Counted from the first letter of the stretch, positions 37,527-52,033 are shown. The stretch: 64,000 bases of DNA from the human T2T-CHM13v2.0 reference genome, Homo sapiens (GCF_009914755.1 NC_060931.1); one strand, 5' to 3'. Notes: generated by a model from the sequence alone, not told the origin. Program-made: numbers and translations.

Positions 37527-38781
37527 GCTAATGATAGGCCCCCAATTTTTTCTGGCTTGTAGGGTTTCTGCTGAAAGGTCTGCTGTTAGCCTGATGGGGT
37601 TCCCTTGGTAGGTGACCTGCCCCTTCTCTGTAATTCTCCTGTGGTTAGGTGGGATCTGCTGGAGAAGAAGCTATGGCAGCAGCTGCCAGGAAATACCTTG
37701 GTTGGGCATCCAAGGTTGTGCTGCAAGCAGGTGTGGCCAGGCAGGGACTCCGGGAGAGGCCAGCAGACAAGGAGGTGCTCAGACCAGACTGTCCCCATCC
37801 CGTGGGCAAGAATGCTCTTCTCTGTCCAAGTCTGACAGTCAACAAAGGCCAAAGCCACCTAGAAGAGCATGGCAAGCCTTGGAGGATGGGTGTTTCTGGT
37901 TGTGCTCCGCTGCAACCATTCCTGTGCCAAACCCTCTGGGCTCCACACAGGCTGGAGTCCTGTCCCTGCCTCCTCTCCAAGCAGCTCTCCCTGTCAGCTC
38001 AAATGTCTGTGGAGGTGATGGAGTCTTCTGCAGCTAGGATTCTGGAGGTCTGTGGTGAGAGTGGGCCAATCCTCACCTATTTAACCCACCCTTTCCCCAG
38101 GAGCTTCTGGGTGCCAGCAGTGAGTCCTGGTGCTTGGAAACCCCATGCAGGGCTCCCAGCCTCCTTTGCCTTCAGCCCAGGGTCTGTGCTCTCCCTCTGT
38201 CCACTCTCAATGCCTTCTCTCTGAAGATCGGCTCAGAGTGTGTCCGTTTTCTTGATGGTCTGGTCTCTCAGTGGGAAATGCTCTTCCTGGCTGTGTCTAG
38301 TCAGCCATCTTGACTCTTTTCTACAATTGATTTTTGTATATAACTCTTGTAACTGCATCCTTGCTGAACTTACTTATTAGTTCTAGGAGGGTTTTTTTAA
38401 TAGATTACTTGGAATTTTCTGTACAGATCATTATATTATCTGCAAGCAGGGATAGTTTAATTTCTTTCTGTCCAATATGTATTGTTTTTATTTCTTTTTC
38501 TGGCTTATTGCGCTGACTACGACTTCCAGTACGATGCTGAATAATGGTGGTGAAAGTGGACATTTTTCGCTTGTTCTTGACCTTAGGGAGAATTCATTCA
38601 GTTTTGTGCTATTAAGTATGATGTTATTTGTAGCGTCTTTGTATATGAACTTTATCAAGTCAAGGAACTTTCCTTGTATTTCTAGCTTCCTGAGAGTTTT
38701 TAGCATGGATGAATGTTAAAGTTTGTCAGATACTTTTTGGCATTGATTGATATGATTATTCAACTTTTCTTCTTTAATCTG

Positions 38782-39551
38782 TGTAATGGGAACAACACAG
38801 TAAAAGTTGCTGGCCTATGCCACATCCAGATGGCTGAAGCCCGTGGCTGCAGATAAGAACTTGGAGACATCTCTCTCATCTAGCAGATTGGGCTCCCTGG
38901 TTTTCCCACTACTTCCTTTAAAAGGACCATTTGGGAATTTGTCTATGAACTTAAAGTGACCCATATACCCCATTTCATTGTATTTACTGCTAGTTGCCAT
39001 TCTCTCTCTTTCTTTGTTTCTCTCTCTGACCAACTCTTCATTTCTGCTTTGCCTTGTGTGCTTGTGTGATGCAGGAATGTAGGAGTGCCCTCCCTGGGAA
39101 TGTAGGATTGCCCTCCTTACTCATTGCACCCTCCCTGCCCAGAATCTTTAAGTAATAAATATCTGAAGATATTTCCTATTGTGGTAGTGCACTAAATTTG
39201 CATCTTACTCTGAAGAACCAGGGGCTCCCCTGGGCCAGGTTCTCTCTGGGATGCTAGAGAAAACAGGGTTGGGTTCCCAGTGCCAGAGCAGTAGTCAAGC
39301 AGGCATAAACAGAACACAGGTCAGATATGAGCCACAAGGACCCCTGCTAATATAAACAAGTTTCCCATGTGAGGGACACCCTGGTCATAGGTCAAACAGC
39401 TAGATATTGGGTTATCTGCCAGGTAAAAGAAGTATTCTGTGAAAGACACACAGTAAATACCCATGTCAGGCTCCTCCCCATTTCTCATCAGTGCAGGGTC
39501 TCTAGCTGCTCTGCTACTGGAATCCCAGTTTAGCTGGAGTCTCTCGGAACA
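38782..39551 (+). mobile_element. ERV1-class (MER4-group, MER31/MER67-like) solo LTR
   Basis: TG...CA termini interrupting the L1; AATAAA near 39153; motif gagccacaagg...tataaacaagtttcccatgtgagggacaccctgg. Confidence 0.7.
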
Positions 39552-39949
39552 GTCCGTTAATATGGTTGATTGCATTGGTTGATTTTCAGCTATTGAACCA
39601 TCATTGTATACTTGGAAAAAATCCTACCTGGTCATGGCGCATACTTATTTTTACATATTACTAAACTGTATTTGCTAATATTTTGTTTAAAATTTTGCGT
39701 CTGTATTCGTGACAGATCTTCCTCCCTCCCTCCCTCCCTCCCTCCTTTCCTCTTTGTATTTTCTTGGTCAAGTTTTGATAATAGTGAAACTGACCTCATA
39801 ATTTGAGTTGGTCCTGTAGAATTAGTGTTAATGATTCTTTAAACATTTGGTAGGACCCTGTGTCTTCAAATTTGTTGATTCTTTCCACTGTCCTCTCCAT
39901 TTTGGTATTGAGCCTATATCCATTGAGTTTTCAAATTTTGGTTATTTTT

Positions 39950-40259
39950 TTTTCTCTTTCTTTTTTTTTGTTTTTGAGACAGAGTCTTGCTCTGTTGCCC
40001 AGGCTGGAGTACAGTGGCAGTCTCAGCTCACTGCAACCTCCACCTCTCGGGTTCAAGCTATTCTCCTGCTTCAGCATCCCAAGTAGCTGGTATTACAGGC
40101 ATGCGCCACCATGCCTGCAGGCTAAGTTTCGCATTTTTAATAGAGACAGGGTTTCCCCATATTGGCCAGGCTGGTCTCAAAACTCCTGACCTCAGGTGAT
40201 CTGTCCACCTCCGCCTCCTAAAGTGCTGGGATTACAGGCGTGAGCCACTGTGCCTAGCC
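39950..40259 (-). mobile_element. Alu (AluSx-like)
   Basis: Reverse dimer; TSD tggttatt. Confidence 0.95.
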
Positions 40260-41589
40260 TGGTTATTGTGTTTTTCTGTTCTAAATTGCCATTTGGTTTT
40301 TCTTTATATATTTTGTTTATTTATTTTGCTGATACTATTTTTCATTTCCTCTAGGTGTATTCATAATTGCTCATTGAAGCAGTTTTATGATGGGTAAGTT
40401 GATCTTTGTGTTTGGTGTGAAGTAGGAATATAATTTTATTTTTTATACAGATTTTATATACAAGTACCCAAATTTCCCAGCACCTTTTATTGAAGAGTCC
40501 ATCTTTTCCCTCTATTTTACAGTGCCAACTTAGCCGTTAATCAAGTATCCTTACATTAATTGTTCCCCACCTCCACCTTTAGACTATATTGTGTTCCATT
40601 GATCAATTTGCTTATTCTTGTGGCAATACCATATTCCTTATTACCATACTTTTATAATACATCTTTGTGTGGTAGAACAAATTCTCTACCTTTTGTTCTT
40701 CAAGTGTTTTCATGATACTTGGTTCCTTGTATTTTCATATAAAATTTAAAACCTGTTTGTCAAGTTACTTTTTAAAAGTTTTGAGATTGCATGGACTCTA
40801 GACAATTTAGAAAGAATTGATGTCATCAAATTGAATCTTCAGAGTACAACAACATTTATTTTTCATTTCTTCTTTTTAAACTTTTTATTTTGAAATAATT
40901 ATAGATTCACAAAAAGTTCCAAAAATAATGGTACAGGAGACTGTACCCACTTCACTTAGCCTCTGCCAGTGGTAATATCTTATATACCTATAGTACATTA
41001 TCAAAACTGGGACATCAACATTGGTAAAATCCACAGAATTTGTTCAGATTTCACCAGGTTATATACACTTGCTGTGTGTATTTTTTTTGTAATTGTATCA
41101 TATGTAGATTTTCTAATCAGCATCACAATTGAGAGAGAGAACTGTTCCATTACCAAAAAGATCCCTACTGCTACTCTTCAGTCACATTTTACGCTTCTTT
41201 GATTTTTTTTTAATAAAAAACTTAATTTCTCCACTTGACAGTATATCCTGGAGATTCACCCATGTTAGTGTATACCTAATTCTGCTTAAATGCTGAACAG
41301 TTCTTTATAAAATATATTTAAGCATCTTCCTATTGATGGAATTTTAAATTATTTCCAAGCTTTTACTATTTTAGACCCTGCTGCAGTGAACATCCTAATA
41401 TATGCATCCTTGTGCACATGTATAAATGCTTCTGTAGGATAGAAACAAAAGAGTATAACTATTGAATTGTAGGTCAAGCCCATCTTCTATCTTCTATTTC
41501 AGTACACGAGGCTCTCTCTTCAATGGCTATAAAATTTATAATCCCACCAGCATTTAGGAAAGGATCAGCACATTAATGAGAATGAATAA

Positions 41590-41960
41590 AAGATGTCCAG
41601 AATACAGAAAGAGAGTGAAATTTTAAATAAGACTGTCAAGACGAGTCTTACTGAGAAGATGGAACTGGAGCGAAGACTAAGAGAAGGTGAAATATGTGGC
41701 TGTCTGAGGGAAAGCATTCCAGGAGGAAGGAACAGCTAGTACAAAGGCTCTGAGGTGGCAGTGTGCTGGCTGCTGGGGAGGAGGCCACAGTGGCTGAAGT
41801 AGGGCGAATGGTGATACTTATGGTGGGAGATGAGTTCAGAAGGTAATGGGGGAAGGTGTAGAACATGAAGAGCCTTATAGGCCAGAGCAAGAACTTTGGT
41901 TTTCATGCAGCATGAAAGGAAGATCTTGGCAGGGTTTCGAGGCATGATGTTATCTGACAT
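41590..41960 (-). mobile_element. L2 fragment
   Basis: gggaaagcattccaggaggaaggaacagctagtacaaaggctctgagg...gcatgatgttatctgac. Confidence 0.8.
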
Positions 41961-43312
41961 TTTTAAAAAATAAAATCAATTTGTTGAGAGAGAATTTATA
42001 TTTAATAAAGGCACCCGTTGTAACTGCGCGGTTTGATTAGTTTTGACCAAGGCATATTCCTATGCACTGCCACCCTTCCATCATCCCCAAAGTCCCCCCT
42101 GCCTCTTTGCAGTCACTTTGTGGTTAATTCCTATCTTATCCCCATCTGAGGCCACCATTTTTTTTCTTATTTTTTTCACCATAGATTCATTTTGTCTACT
42201 CTAGAGCATCATAAAAATGAAATTATACAGTGTGTGTTCTTTTCTGTTGGGCTTCTTTTGCTCAACTTAATATCTGTGAGGTCATCAACGCTGCTGCTTC
42301 ATCAGCAGTTCATTCATTTTTAATGATGATGCGTATATTCCCTGGTTCATGAATATACCACCATGTGTTTATCCATTTATCCACCTGTTGATGGACCTTT
42401 GGGTTGTTTCAGTTCTGAGCTATGAGGAATAAAGCCACTAATAAGCAGTCATATACAAGTCATTGTGTAGGCACATGTTTTTCCATTCTTTTGGGTAAAT
42501 AAATACCTAGGAGTGGAATTGCAAGTCCATGGGTAAGGGTATGTTTAACTTTATAATAAACCGCCAAACTCTTTTCCAGAGTGGTTGAATCATTGTACAT
42601 TCCCACCAACAGTGTGTGAGAATTCGCATTGCCCAACATTTTTGCCAGCAATTGTTATTGTCGATCTTTTAAACTTTTACTAATGCTGCTGAGTATGTCA
42701 TGGTATTTCATTGTGATTTTAATGTGTATTTTACACGATGACTGACAATATTAAGCATCTTTTTCTGTGCATATTGGCCATTTGTATATCTTCTTTTTTG
42801 AAGTGTCTCAAGTCTTGCCCATTAAAAAAATTGAGTTGTTTATTTTTTTAATTTTTGATTTATAATTCTTTATGTATTCTAGGTATAAGACCTTTTCCAG
42901 ATATATTTATAATAAATATTTTCTTCCAGTCTAGGGCTCGTCTTTTTATTTTCTTCTTGGTGTCTTTGGAGAACAAAAGTTTTTCTTAGTTTGGCTACAG
43001 GCTCGTCAATTTTGCTTATCTTTTCAAAAAAAACAGCTCCTAGTTTTATTGCTCTTTTCTACAGTTTTTCTTGTTTCTATTTCATTTATTTCTGTTCTAA
43101 TCTTTATTATTTCCTTTCTTCTACTAACTTTGGGCTTCATTTGTCCTTCTTTTGCTCCTTGAGATGTAGAATTAGATTGTTTTTGGGGGGATGTTTCTTC
43201 ATATTCGACGTAGCTATTTATTGCCATAAACTTCTCTGATAGAACTGCTTTTACTGCATCCCGTGAGTTTTGGTATGTTGCGTTTCCATTTCCATTTGTC
43301 TCAAGAGATACA

Positions 43313-43440
43313 TTTTTTGATGCAGAGTCTTGCTCTGTCACCCAGGCTGGAGTGCAGTGGCATGACCATGGCTCACTGCCTTGATGTCCTGGGTTCAAGT
43401 GATCTTCCTGCCTCAGCCTCCTGAGTAGCTGGGACTACAG
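43313..43440 (-). mobile_element. Alu right-arm fragment
   Basis: gagtcttgctctgtcacccaggctgg...gggactacag, then truncated. Confidence 0.9.
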
Positions 43441-44463
43441 AATTTCTGCTTGATTTTTAAAAAATAATTTCAATCTCACTGTTAAATTTTTCACTTGGTA
43501 GTTGATTATTTTTTTATTTCATTGAATTGTTTCTCTGTATTTTCTTGAAATTTACTGAGCTTCCTTGAAACTATTATTCTGAATTCTTTGTCAGGCAGTT
43601 TGTATATCTACATTTCTTTGGGGTTGGTTACTAGGAAATCATTGTCTTCTTTTGGTGGTATTATGTCTCCATTGTTTTTCATGTTTCTTGTTGTCTTTGT
43701 ACATATCTGTGCATTTGATGGAGCAGTCACCTCTTCCAGACTTTACAGGCTAGTTTTGCTGTGGAAAGACCTTCCCCTGTAGGGGAGTATGAAAGTGCTT
43801 GCTTGGTGGTGTTCAGGGATTCTGATACCAGTGACAGTGCAGCTGTGTAGTCTGTGTGTGGCACTGTAAGCCGAGGTCAGTGTTAACAAAGATTGCAGAG
43901 ATCCTCAGTGGCCAATATTGTGGATGTCTATAGTGGCAGTAAGGATTGTTAGGATCTTCAGTGGCAATGGCTGCTAAGTCCTCCTGATCTCTTTTTTCCT
44001 CTCTGGAGATGTTGGTGCTGAGGGGATCCCTCTTGGCACTGGGTCTGGCTTGTAGGCCCACTCCTGGTGGCGGTGGCACTGGTGTCTGATGCATGGCACC
44101 TGTGGAGCAACCACAGTGCTGAGGCCTGAGGCACAGGCATGTGTAGAGGGACTGCAGTTGTGGGATCCAGGGTGGTAATGCCACTGGTGCCCAGGGTGAA
44201 GGCACCCCTGTTGCTGAGTTGGTGAAGATATGCAAGTTGCAGATGTTTGTGGATTAGCTGGGGAGCTGAGAATGGGAACACAGGTGTGTGCAGAGTTAGA
44301 GTGGCTCTGGGGTCCAGGTGGGGCCTAGCTCTCTATGGTAGCTGAGCTGGTGCCCAGAGAGCAAGCATAGACAGTGAAGGTTTGGCTCCTAGGCCTGGCG
44401 TGTGAACTAGCTCACTTTGGTGATGACTCCAGTGTCAGGCCCAGTACAGCCACAGAGTCCAGG

Positions 44464-44879
44464 TGCTATAGTTTGAATATTTGATCCTCCAAACCTCATG
44501 TTGAAATTTGATCCCTAATGTTGGAAGTGGGGCCTATTGGGAGGTGTTTGGGTCATGAGGATCCCTTATGAATGGCTTGGTGCTATCCTTGTGGTAGTGA
44601 ATGAGTTCCCTATTAGTTTCCCCAAGAGCTTGTTGTCCAAAAGAGCCTGGCACCTTCTCTCTCTCCCTTGTTTCTGCTGTCACCATATGATCTCTGCATG
44701 CTAGTTGCCTTTCACCTTCCATCATGAGTGGAAGCAGCATGAGACCCTCATAGGAAGCTGAGCAGACCAGCACCATGCTTCTTGTACAGCCTGCAGGACT
44801 ATAAGCCAAATAAACCTCTTTTCCTTATAAATTACCAGACTCAGGTATTCCTTTAGAGCAACACAAATGGACTAAGATG
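44464..44879 (+). mobile_element. MSTB-like MaLR solo LTR
   Basis: tgctatagtttgaata...aaacctcatgttgaaatttgatcc...agcaacacaaatggactaaga. Confidence 0.9.
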
Positions 44880-45452
44880 CCATCATCGGAGTGCGGGCAC
44901 TCGCAGTGCAGTGTAGCTCCAGGATCAAAGAACACGTGGGCTTGGGAGAGGTAGTGGCTCCTTTCTTGAATTGGCTCAACAGTCTATCAAATTCATGGAT
45001 GGGGACGGGGTGTTCAGGCATCTCTCTGTCTCTGGGGTTCTCTGGTGAGAAGGGCTGTTGGTTAGCTCAGTAGCAAGAGATGCCAGTGTCCTTTGTGGAG
45101 CAGGCCCCTGGGAATGCTGGTGGTTCACATCATGTAACTGATACCGATAGTCTTTGACTTTCTTCTTTTTAGCTACTAGTCATCTCCTGGCATCTTAGCT
45201 ATGCCAGTCTCACCAGCGATATTTTTTATGTGAATATTCCCTGGATTTTTATGCTCTGCTGTATTCCTGCAGATTCTTTAATGAACCATTGAGCTCCCTC
45301 TGGACTATTTTGTTTTGTGCATAGCTGTTTATATTTGTTTTTTTGTGTGTGGTAGATAAGGGCTGGTATTTCCTACTCTGTTATCTTGGCGATGTTGCCT
45401 CTTGTATATTCTGGAGGAAAAAAGGTTTTACTTCTGATGCTCAATTTAATAA

Positions 45453-45758
<306 letters not shown>

Positions 45759-46482
45759 TAATAAGTTTTTAAGGTTAAAGATACTGACTGGTGTCCTCTC
45801 TAAAAACTATTCACCTAACTCGAAGTTGCAAAGATTTTTCTTTCATGTTTTCTTCTATTGTTGAAAGAATGGTTTTAGCTTACAAGTTTAGGCCTATAAC
45901 CTATTTAAGATTGATGTTTGTATGTGATATAAGGTATGGATTGAGACTTATTTTTAAAATATAAGTATTCAATGGTTCCAGCACTGTTTATTGAAAAGAT
46001 CATCCTTTTAACACTAAACCACAGAAGCCTCTTAATTGTAAAACAATTGCTTATATATGTGAGGCTGTATTCTGAAACCTCTGTTATAGTCACCTCTTCT
46101 TATGCCAGAATCACCTTGGCTTAGTCCCTCTCAGAGCCTGATCATTTGCTCCTCACTCTTGCCTTGTTTCTGAATCTTTCCAGCTTTTGTGTGGCTGGAC
46201 TGTTTCCAGCTTCTGTTCTTGAAGCTCTTTTCTTGTCTTTGATAGCAGGATTCAGCTTTTCAGTGACACATTTACAGAATCCATGCTTACTTGGGGTCAT
46301 CTTAATGTTTAGTCGGAAAACCATCTATAGTAAGAGAGCTGTTAGCCTGAGCTTGTGCAGACTGTGCCTCTTCCATGCCTCCATTAGTCTCAGGAATGCT
46401 GGGAGACAAGGCTTGAGTTGGGGAATGTGAAATAAAACGCAGTATCCTATGAAGTTCTTCCCTGGTGTATTGCCACGGTTAC

Positions 46483-46773
<291 letters not shown>

Positions 46774-47309
46774 TCTTTACTATTTTTTTTTTTAAAAGGA
46801 ACACAGTTAAATATTTCAAAGACATCCCAAATGAGTTATTGGTGGGGTCACAGAGGCTTCCTTTTTTTGCCACCACAGTGAAAAATCAAGAATTTTGAAA
46901 GTTAAAGCTGATTGATTATTTCTTCGGATACATAAAGAAAGATGTTAAAGCGTATTACAAAGTGCAAAAAAGGAGACATTCAGCAGAGCAAAAACAAACT
47001 CTTAGAAGAGCCCGAAGCAGCAGGCTGATTGTCTTGATGAGAGGGTGGAGAAATGAACGTGCTTCCTAGTTTTGTGGTTTTCCTGCAGTTTCTGGACACA
47101 GATCTCTGCTCCCACACCAAGATCTCTGCGTCTTTGGGGTCTGGTTTCTCTTCTCTAGTGACCAGTCCCCAGTGTATGTGATTCTAGGAAGTTAAATGTC
47201 ACACAGTTCCTTATGCTGTATCCCTCTTGTGTCCCATGACACCCTGTCTCAAGCAGAGAGTTTGGAAATCATAAATCAGGGGAAGGGAGGCTAGCTAAGG
47301 GCTTTACAT

Positions 47310-47450
47310 CCACCACCTGTTATGAGAGAATTATTTAATCCATTTTGGAGATGTGAAAACCAACTCTCAGCAGTCAAGTGATTTGCCCAGATTCAAACAT
47401 TGAGGACATGGCAGGATTAGCATTTGAGCCTAGGCCCATCTACTGTCAGA
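47310..47450 (-). mobile_element. MIR fragment
   Basis: ccattttggagatgtgaaaaccaactctcag...aagtgatttgccca. Confidence 0.65.
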
Positions 47451-47990
47451 GCCCATGCTCTTTCTTCGGTGCCCTCATAGGCTGGCTGTAAAGTCCAGAC
47501 CCAAGACTGTGGTTTCCTGTGACAATACACTAGGAGGGATGGAGACTGGGAATGGAAGGCTCCTGAGGCTTCAAGGAGAAAACTACAGAGAGGCCATGAG
47601 AGGCAACAGGTGGCCAGCACTCTCCTATCCCCACCATATGTGGTGGCACCTGGGGACAAGGCCATTTGCTTACTCCAATCCTACAGACACCCATTTGGTT
47701 TCTCTCTTCCTCTTGTTCTTCAGCACAATCTTAGGAGGAAAAGAAATGTCATCTGCTTTCTAATTTAATTCCCTTTTTTCTACTCTTTATTATTTTTCCT
47801 TATTATAGAAGAAATGGTTTTCCATTAATACAAAATTCAGACATCATCAAAACTATAATAAACATTTGCTGTGATCCTACCTGCTAAAGATAACCATCAT
47901 TAAGTTCAATGCATAGTCTTCCTTTTTCATATTTATACATATGCTAACATATATTAGAATTATTCATTTACTTTTACAAGAAGAAGGTCA

Positions 47991-48334
47991 GGCTGGGGAC
48001 ATGGAGGGCTCCTACCTGCGTAAGCAGAGGTCTTGCACCTGCATAAGCAGGGCCATGATCATGCCTGTAATCCCAGTGCTTTGAGAGGCCACGGCAGGGA
48101 GTCTCTTGAGTCCAGGAGTTCTAGACCAGCCTGCACAACAGGGTGAAACCCCATGTCTACAAAAAATTTAAACTTAGCTGAGTTTAATGGTATGTGCCTG
48201 TGGTCCTAGCTACTTAGGAGGCTGAGGCAGGGGGACACCTTGGGCCTAGGAGGTCAAGGCTACAGTGAGCCATGATCATGCTACTGTACTCCAGCCTGGG
48301 TGACAGAGCAAGACCATGTCAAAAAAAAAAAAAA
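47991..48334 (+). mobile_element. AluJ with an internal insertion near its 5' end
   Basis: J-type right arm; about 45 bp of non-Alu insert at 48012-48058. Confidence 0.9.
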
Positions 48335-48748
48335 GTCACAAATAATGTTGCAATTTTTCTACCACTTTTAAAATCCTTTGAAACATTTCTTGTGTTGGTA
48401 TATGTAGATCTTATCTGACTGTATTCTTGTAAATAGATATATAACATAACATTGGGTGCACCACAGACTATTTATTTATTTATCTGGTGGAAATCTTATT
48501 CCTCCCCCTCATGTTGCATGAGGGAACTTACATTCCCAGGGTATAACACTATTAGTGATTCCAGACTTCATTCTCTCCCCTAGGTGGGAATGATTTATCT
48601 TACTGTTGAAACTAGGAGAAGAAACTAGGCATAAGCGGCCCTGCCCTCTTTGAGCTTTTAGTCCCAGTGGCTGGCCGTCAAAGATGCCAGGAGTACAGTG
48701 ACTGGGGGACCTCTGCTTCTGCAGGTGGGAGACTGAATCCTGGGTGGG

Positions 48749-49114
48749 CGTATTAGTCTGTTCTCACGCTGCTATAAAGAACTGCCTGAGACTGGGTAAC
48801 TTATGAAAGAAAGAGGTTTAATTGACTCACAGTTCCACATGGTTGGGGAGGCCTCAGGAAACTTACAATCATGGCAGAAGGGGAAGCAAACACATCCCTC
48901 TTCACATGATGGCAGGACGGAGAAGTGCCAAGCAAAGGGGAAAAAGGCCCTTATAAAACCATCAGATCTCATGAGATCTCATTCACTATCACAGAACAGC
49001 AAGGGAGTAACTGCTCCCATGATTCAATTACCTCCCACTGGATCCCTCCCATGACACATGGGGATTACAGGAACTACAATTCAAGATGAGATTTGGGGAC
49101 ACAGCCAAATATCA
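48749..49114 (-). mobile_element. THE1D/MSTA-like MaLR solo LTR
   Basis: gtattagtctgttctcacgctgctataaag...ggggacacagccaaatatca; TSD gtggg/atggg. Confidence 0.92.
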
Positions 49115-50621
49115 ATGGGCCATCTTGGAGAGTGGAGGAAGGAAATAGAAAGCTCACCTGTGGCCTCATATTTTGCTTACATTCTCCAGTGAAGTTTAGT
49201 GTGGATTTTGAATTTCATCTGTCCTAAGCTTATGGCTTTTCAAAAAAAAAAAAAAAATCCCCTCTCTTTCTCAAAAGAGAGAGCAGTATTATTTTTTTGG
49301 CCTCTTCAAATCCCAGCATTCTCGTTCCCCACTGATGGACAGACATTTGTGTTTTGTTACAACAAATATCGCCTTTGTCACAGCAAGTATTGCCTTTGTC
49401 CAACGTTTACATTTTGTGTCTATGCCAACAGGGTTGACAATAGGAATGATGTCTTTGAAAGAAGCTCTTTTTTTGGAGAAATCTCTGAATCTGGGCCTAG
49501 GGTCAGTACTCAGGGAGAACCCAATCAAAAGCAACTACAGTAGGATGGACTGAAGAGTCTCTTGAGGCATGGTAAGAAAGCTGTATTGCAGGAGGTTTTG
49601 TTCATTTGCCTATTCATTCAGTAAGCACTGACGGGTCACTTCCAATGTTCCAGGCACAAAGTCAGCTTTTATGGAACCTGCAATGCACAAAGAAACAAGC
49701 AATAAACAAGGAAATGTCAGAAAATAATAACTGCTATACAGTCTTAAAAGAGTAATGAGTTTCAGTAAAAGCAATTTCCGAGTACATCTTGAAGCTGTCA
49801 TAAGAGAATGCTTTCTGGTGTAAAAGTTGAAACGTATTCATAGGCTTTCTTTCAGAAATTTCTAGTTCTTGAGCCTCTGTTACAATATTTTGGTAAGTGA
49901 TTTGTTTTCCATGGTACTTTCCATTTCATCGGGATTTCAGAAAAACTGTGTTGCCCTCAACCCTCTCCCCACAGACCTCTGCACATACATCTTTTCAAGG
50001 CAGGCACTTTAGAAAAATACAGATAACTAAATATGGATGTGTATATGTGTTTATTTTCAGCATAAATTTGCTTAAAGTGCTATTTTCCAAAATATTTTGT
50101 CTTCCAAAAGAAAGACTAATTTTCTGAAATAGTTTGTCAGTGTCTCTAGGGCATCCTTCAGTTGGGTGGCACTAGAGTTTCAGTATATTTAAAAAATATT
50201 TTCTTATTGTTGTATTTCCTATGTGTGGTGAGATACTATTTTAAAACCCAGAGAGGCCTTGGAGACACAGTAAAGGAGGCCAGTTTGGGGTAATGGCTTG
50301 ACACCAGCTGGGACCATGGAAAACCTATTCTAAGCCTGCGTGCTTTTGGTGTAAGCATGTGGGCACTTGAGGCCTTCTAATATGAAGCCCAATAGCCTTC
50401 TGTTCTGGGAAATTGTTCCCTGTTTTATTTGTTTGTTTGGTGGTGCTTAATGACTTCCTTCCTTCCATTTTCTCTGCACTGTCTTTTTCAAATACTCTTG
50501 TCAGATTGGACCTTCCTAACTCGCTTCAACGACCCTTGCTTGTTTTCCTCTCATAATATTCCAGCCCAGATTTCGTTTTCTTTTTTTTGCATAAAACTCA
50601 TATCCTCCATAATGTTTAGAA

Positions 50622-50946
50622 TTTCTTTTTTTCTTTCTTTTCTTCTCTTTTTTTTTTTTTTTTTTGAGATGGAGTCTCGCTCTGTTGCCCAGGCTGGAGT
50701 GCAGTGGCACGGTCTTGGCTCACCACAATCTCCACCTCCTGGGTTAAAGTGATTCTCCTGCCTCAGCCTTCCGAGTAGCTGGGATTACAGGTGCACCCCA
50801 CCACACCTGGCTAATTTTTGTATTTTTTGTAGAGATGGGGTTTCACCATGATGGCCAGGGTGATCTTGAATTCCTGACTTCAGGTGATCTGCCCGCCTCG
50901 GCCTCCCAAAGTGCTGGGATCACAGGTGTGAGCCACCACACCTGCC
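50622..50946 (-). mobile_element. Alu (AluSx-like)
   Basis: Reverse dimer; TSD tgtttagaatttctt. Confidence 0.95.
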
Positions 50947-52033
50947 TGTTTAGAATTTCTTGACTGCATTTTTCAGGTCTTATACTAATTTTTTTTTTCC
51001 ATGTGGACAATCCCATTTTTGTTGATTGTTGTTGTTCTCTTTGTTGTTCTGTGATGTTTCTTTTTTATGGGATCCCGTTTTTGTTTTGTGGATTAAATAT
51101 TCCCTAAATCTCCCTGAAGATGCTGCATGTTCTTTTCCAGTTCTAAACTGTTCACTTAATTATTTGTTTCCTCTGGAGACATTTTTTCTGTTAATTCTGG
51201 TCTTTTTCTTCCATGTTGTGTATTTGCTTCCAAGCTGGTGATCCTTGCCTGGTTTTCCATTTTGTCCTGAAAATTTCCTTTCCAGCAGTCTTTTTCTAAA
51301 AGTAAAAGCTCTTAACATCTATCTGCATTGATACCTGAGAACATCTGTATGAGTTGTTCACCCTTAAAGTACACTGTTCTTTCACTACTGATGATGACGT
51401 ATTGAATAACTCTGGAATCCTCTCACCAAAGGAGGACCTTCTTTAGCTCTTGTAAATAACCTTAGATGATACATCTGCACATCTGAGCATAGCCTGTGTT
51501 CTGCTGCAGTTTTCCGTATGGGAGAGGAGTGGTTTATCTCACACTAATGGTCAATATTTAAAGGCTCTCTTTGGGTCCATCTGGTGGAGGGACCTGCCCT
51601 GCAGCAGCATCCATCCAGACCCTGCCATCCTGCTCTTTTTGGTAGTTTCTGGTTGTTCTGTTAGTTTCTGAAAAGCACACATGGCCTATTTGTATCCTGG
51701 ACAATAGTTCCTTCCTTCTGCTCCAAATAGGTTGATTCGTTAGGAGTTCAGGTAAGATGACCTTTATGGGCTAAAGATAAGATATGTGTAAATCCAAAGT
51801 TCCATTGAGGGACAGTTCTACCCAGGGTGACAGGAGCTATAACATAGTGACGTTGCAACCCTGTCTTAATGGTGACATGAGTTGTTCTGTAGCCCATCCT
51901 ACATCTCTGTATTCTAATCTCCTTTAAGATCAGCGATTATATTTTTAGTAGAGCTTGGTTTAGGGGGAAGAAAGATGAAAGAAAACAGAGGGTGAATAAA
52001 AGCCCTTTGTGAGAGACACCAGCACAATTATAC

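Noticed and set aside
37649-38224. 191-aa plus-strand ORF
   Set aside because: Lies antisense within the GC-rich L1PB 5'UTR, where stops are rare; no protein features.
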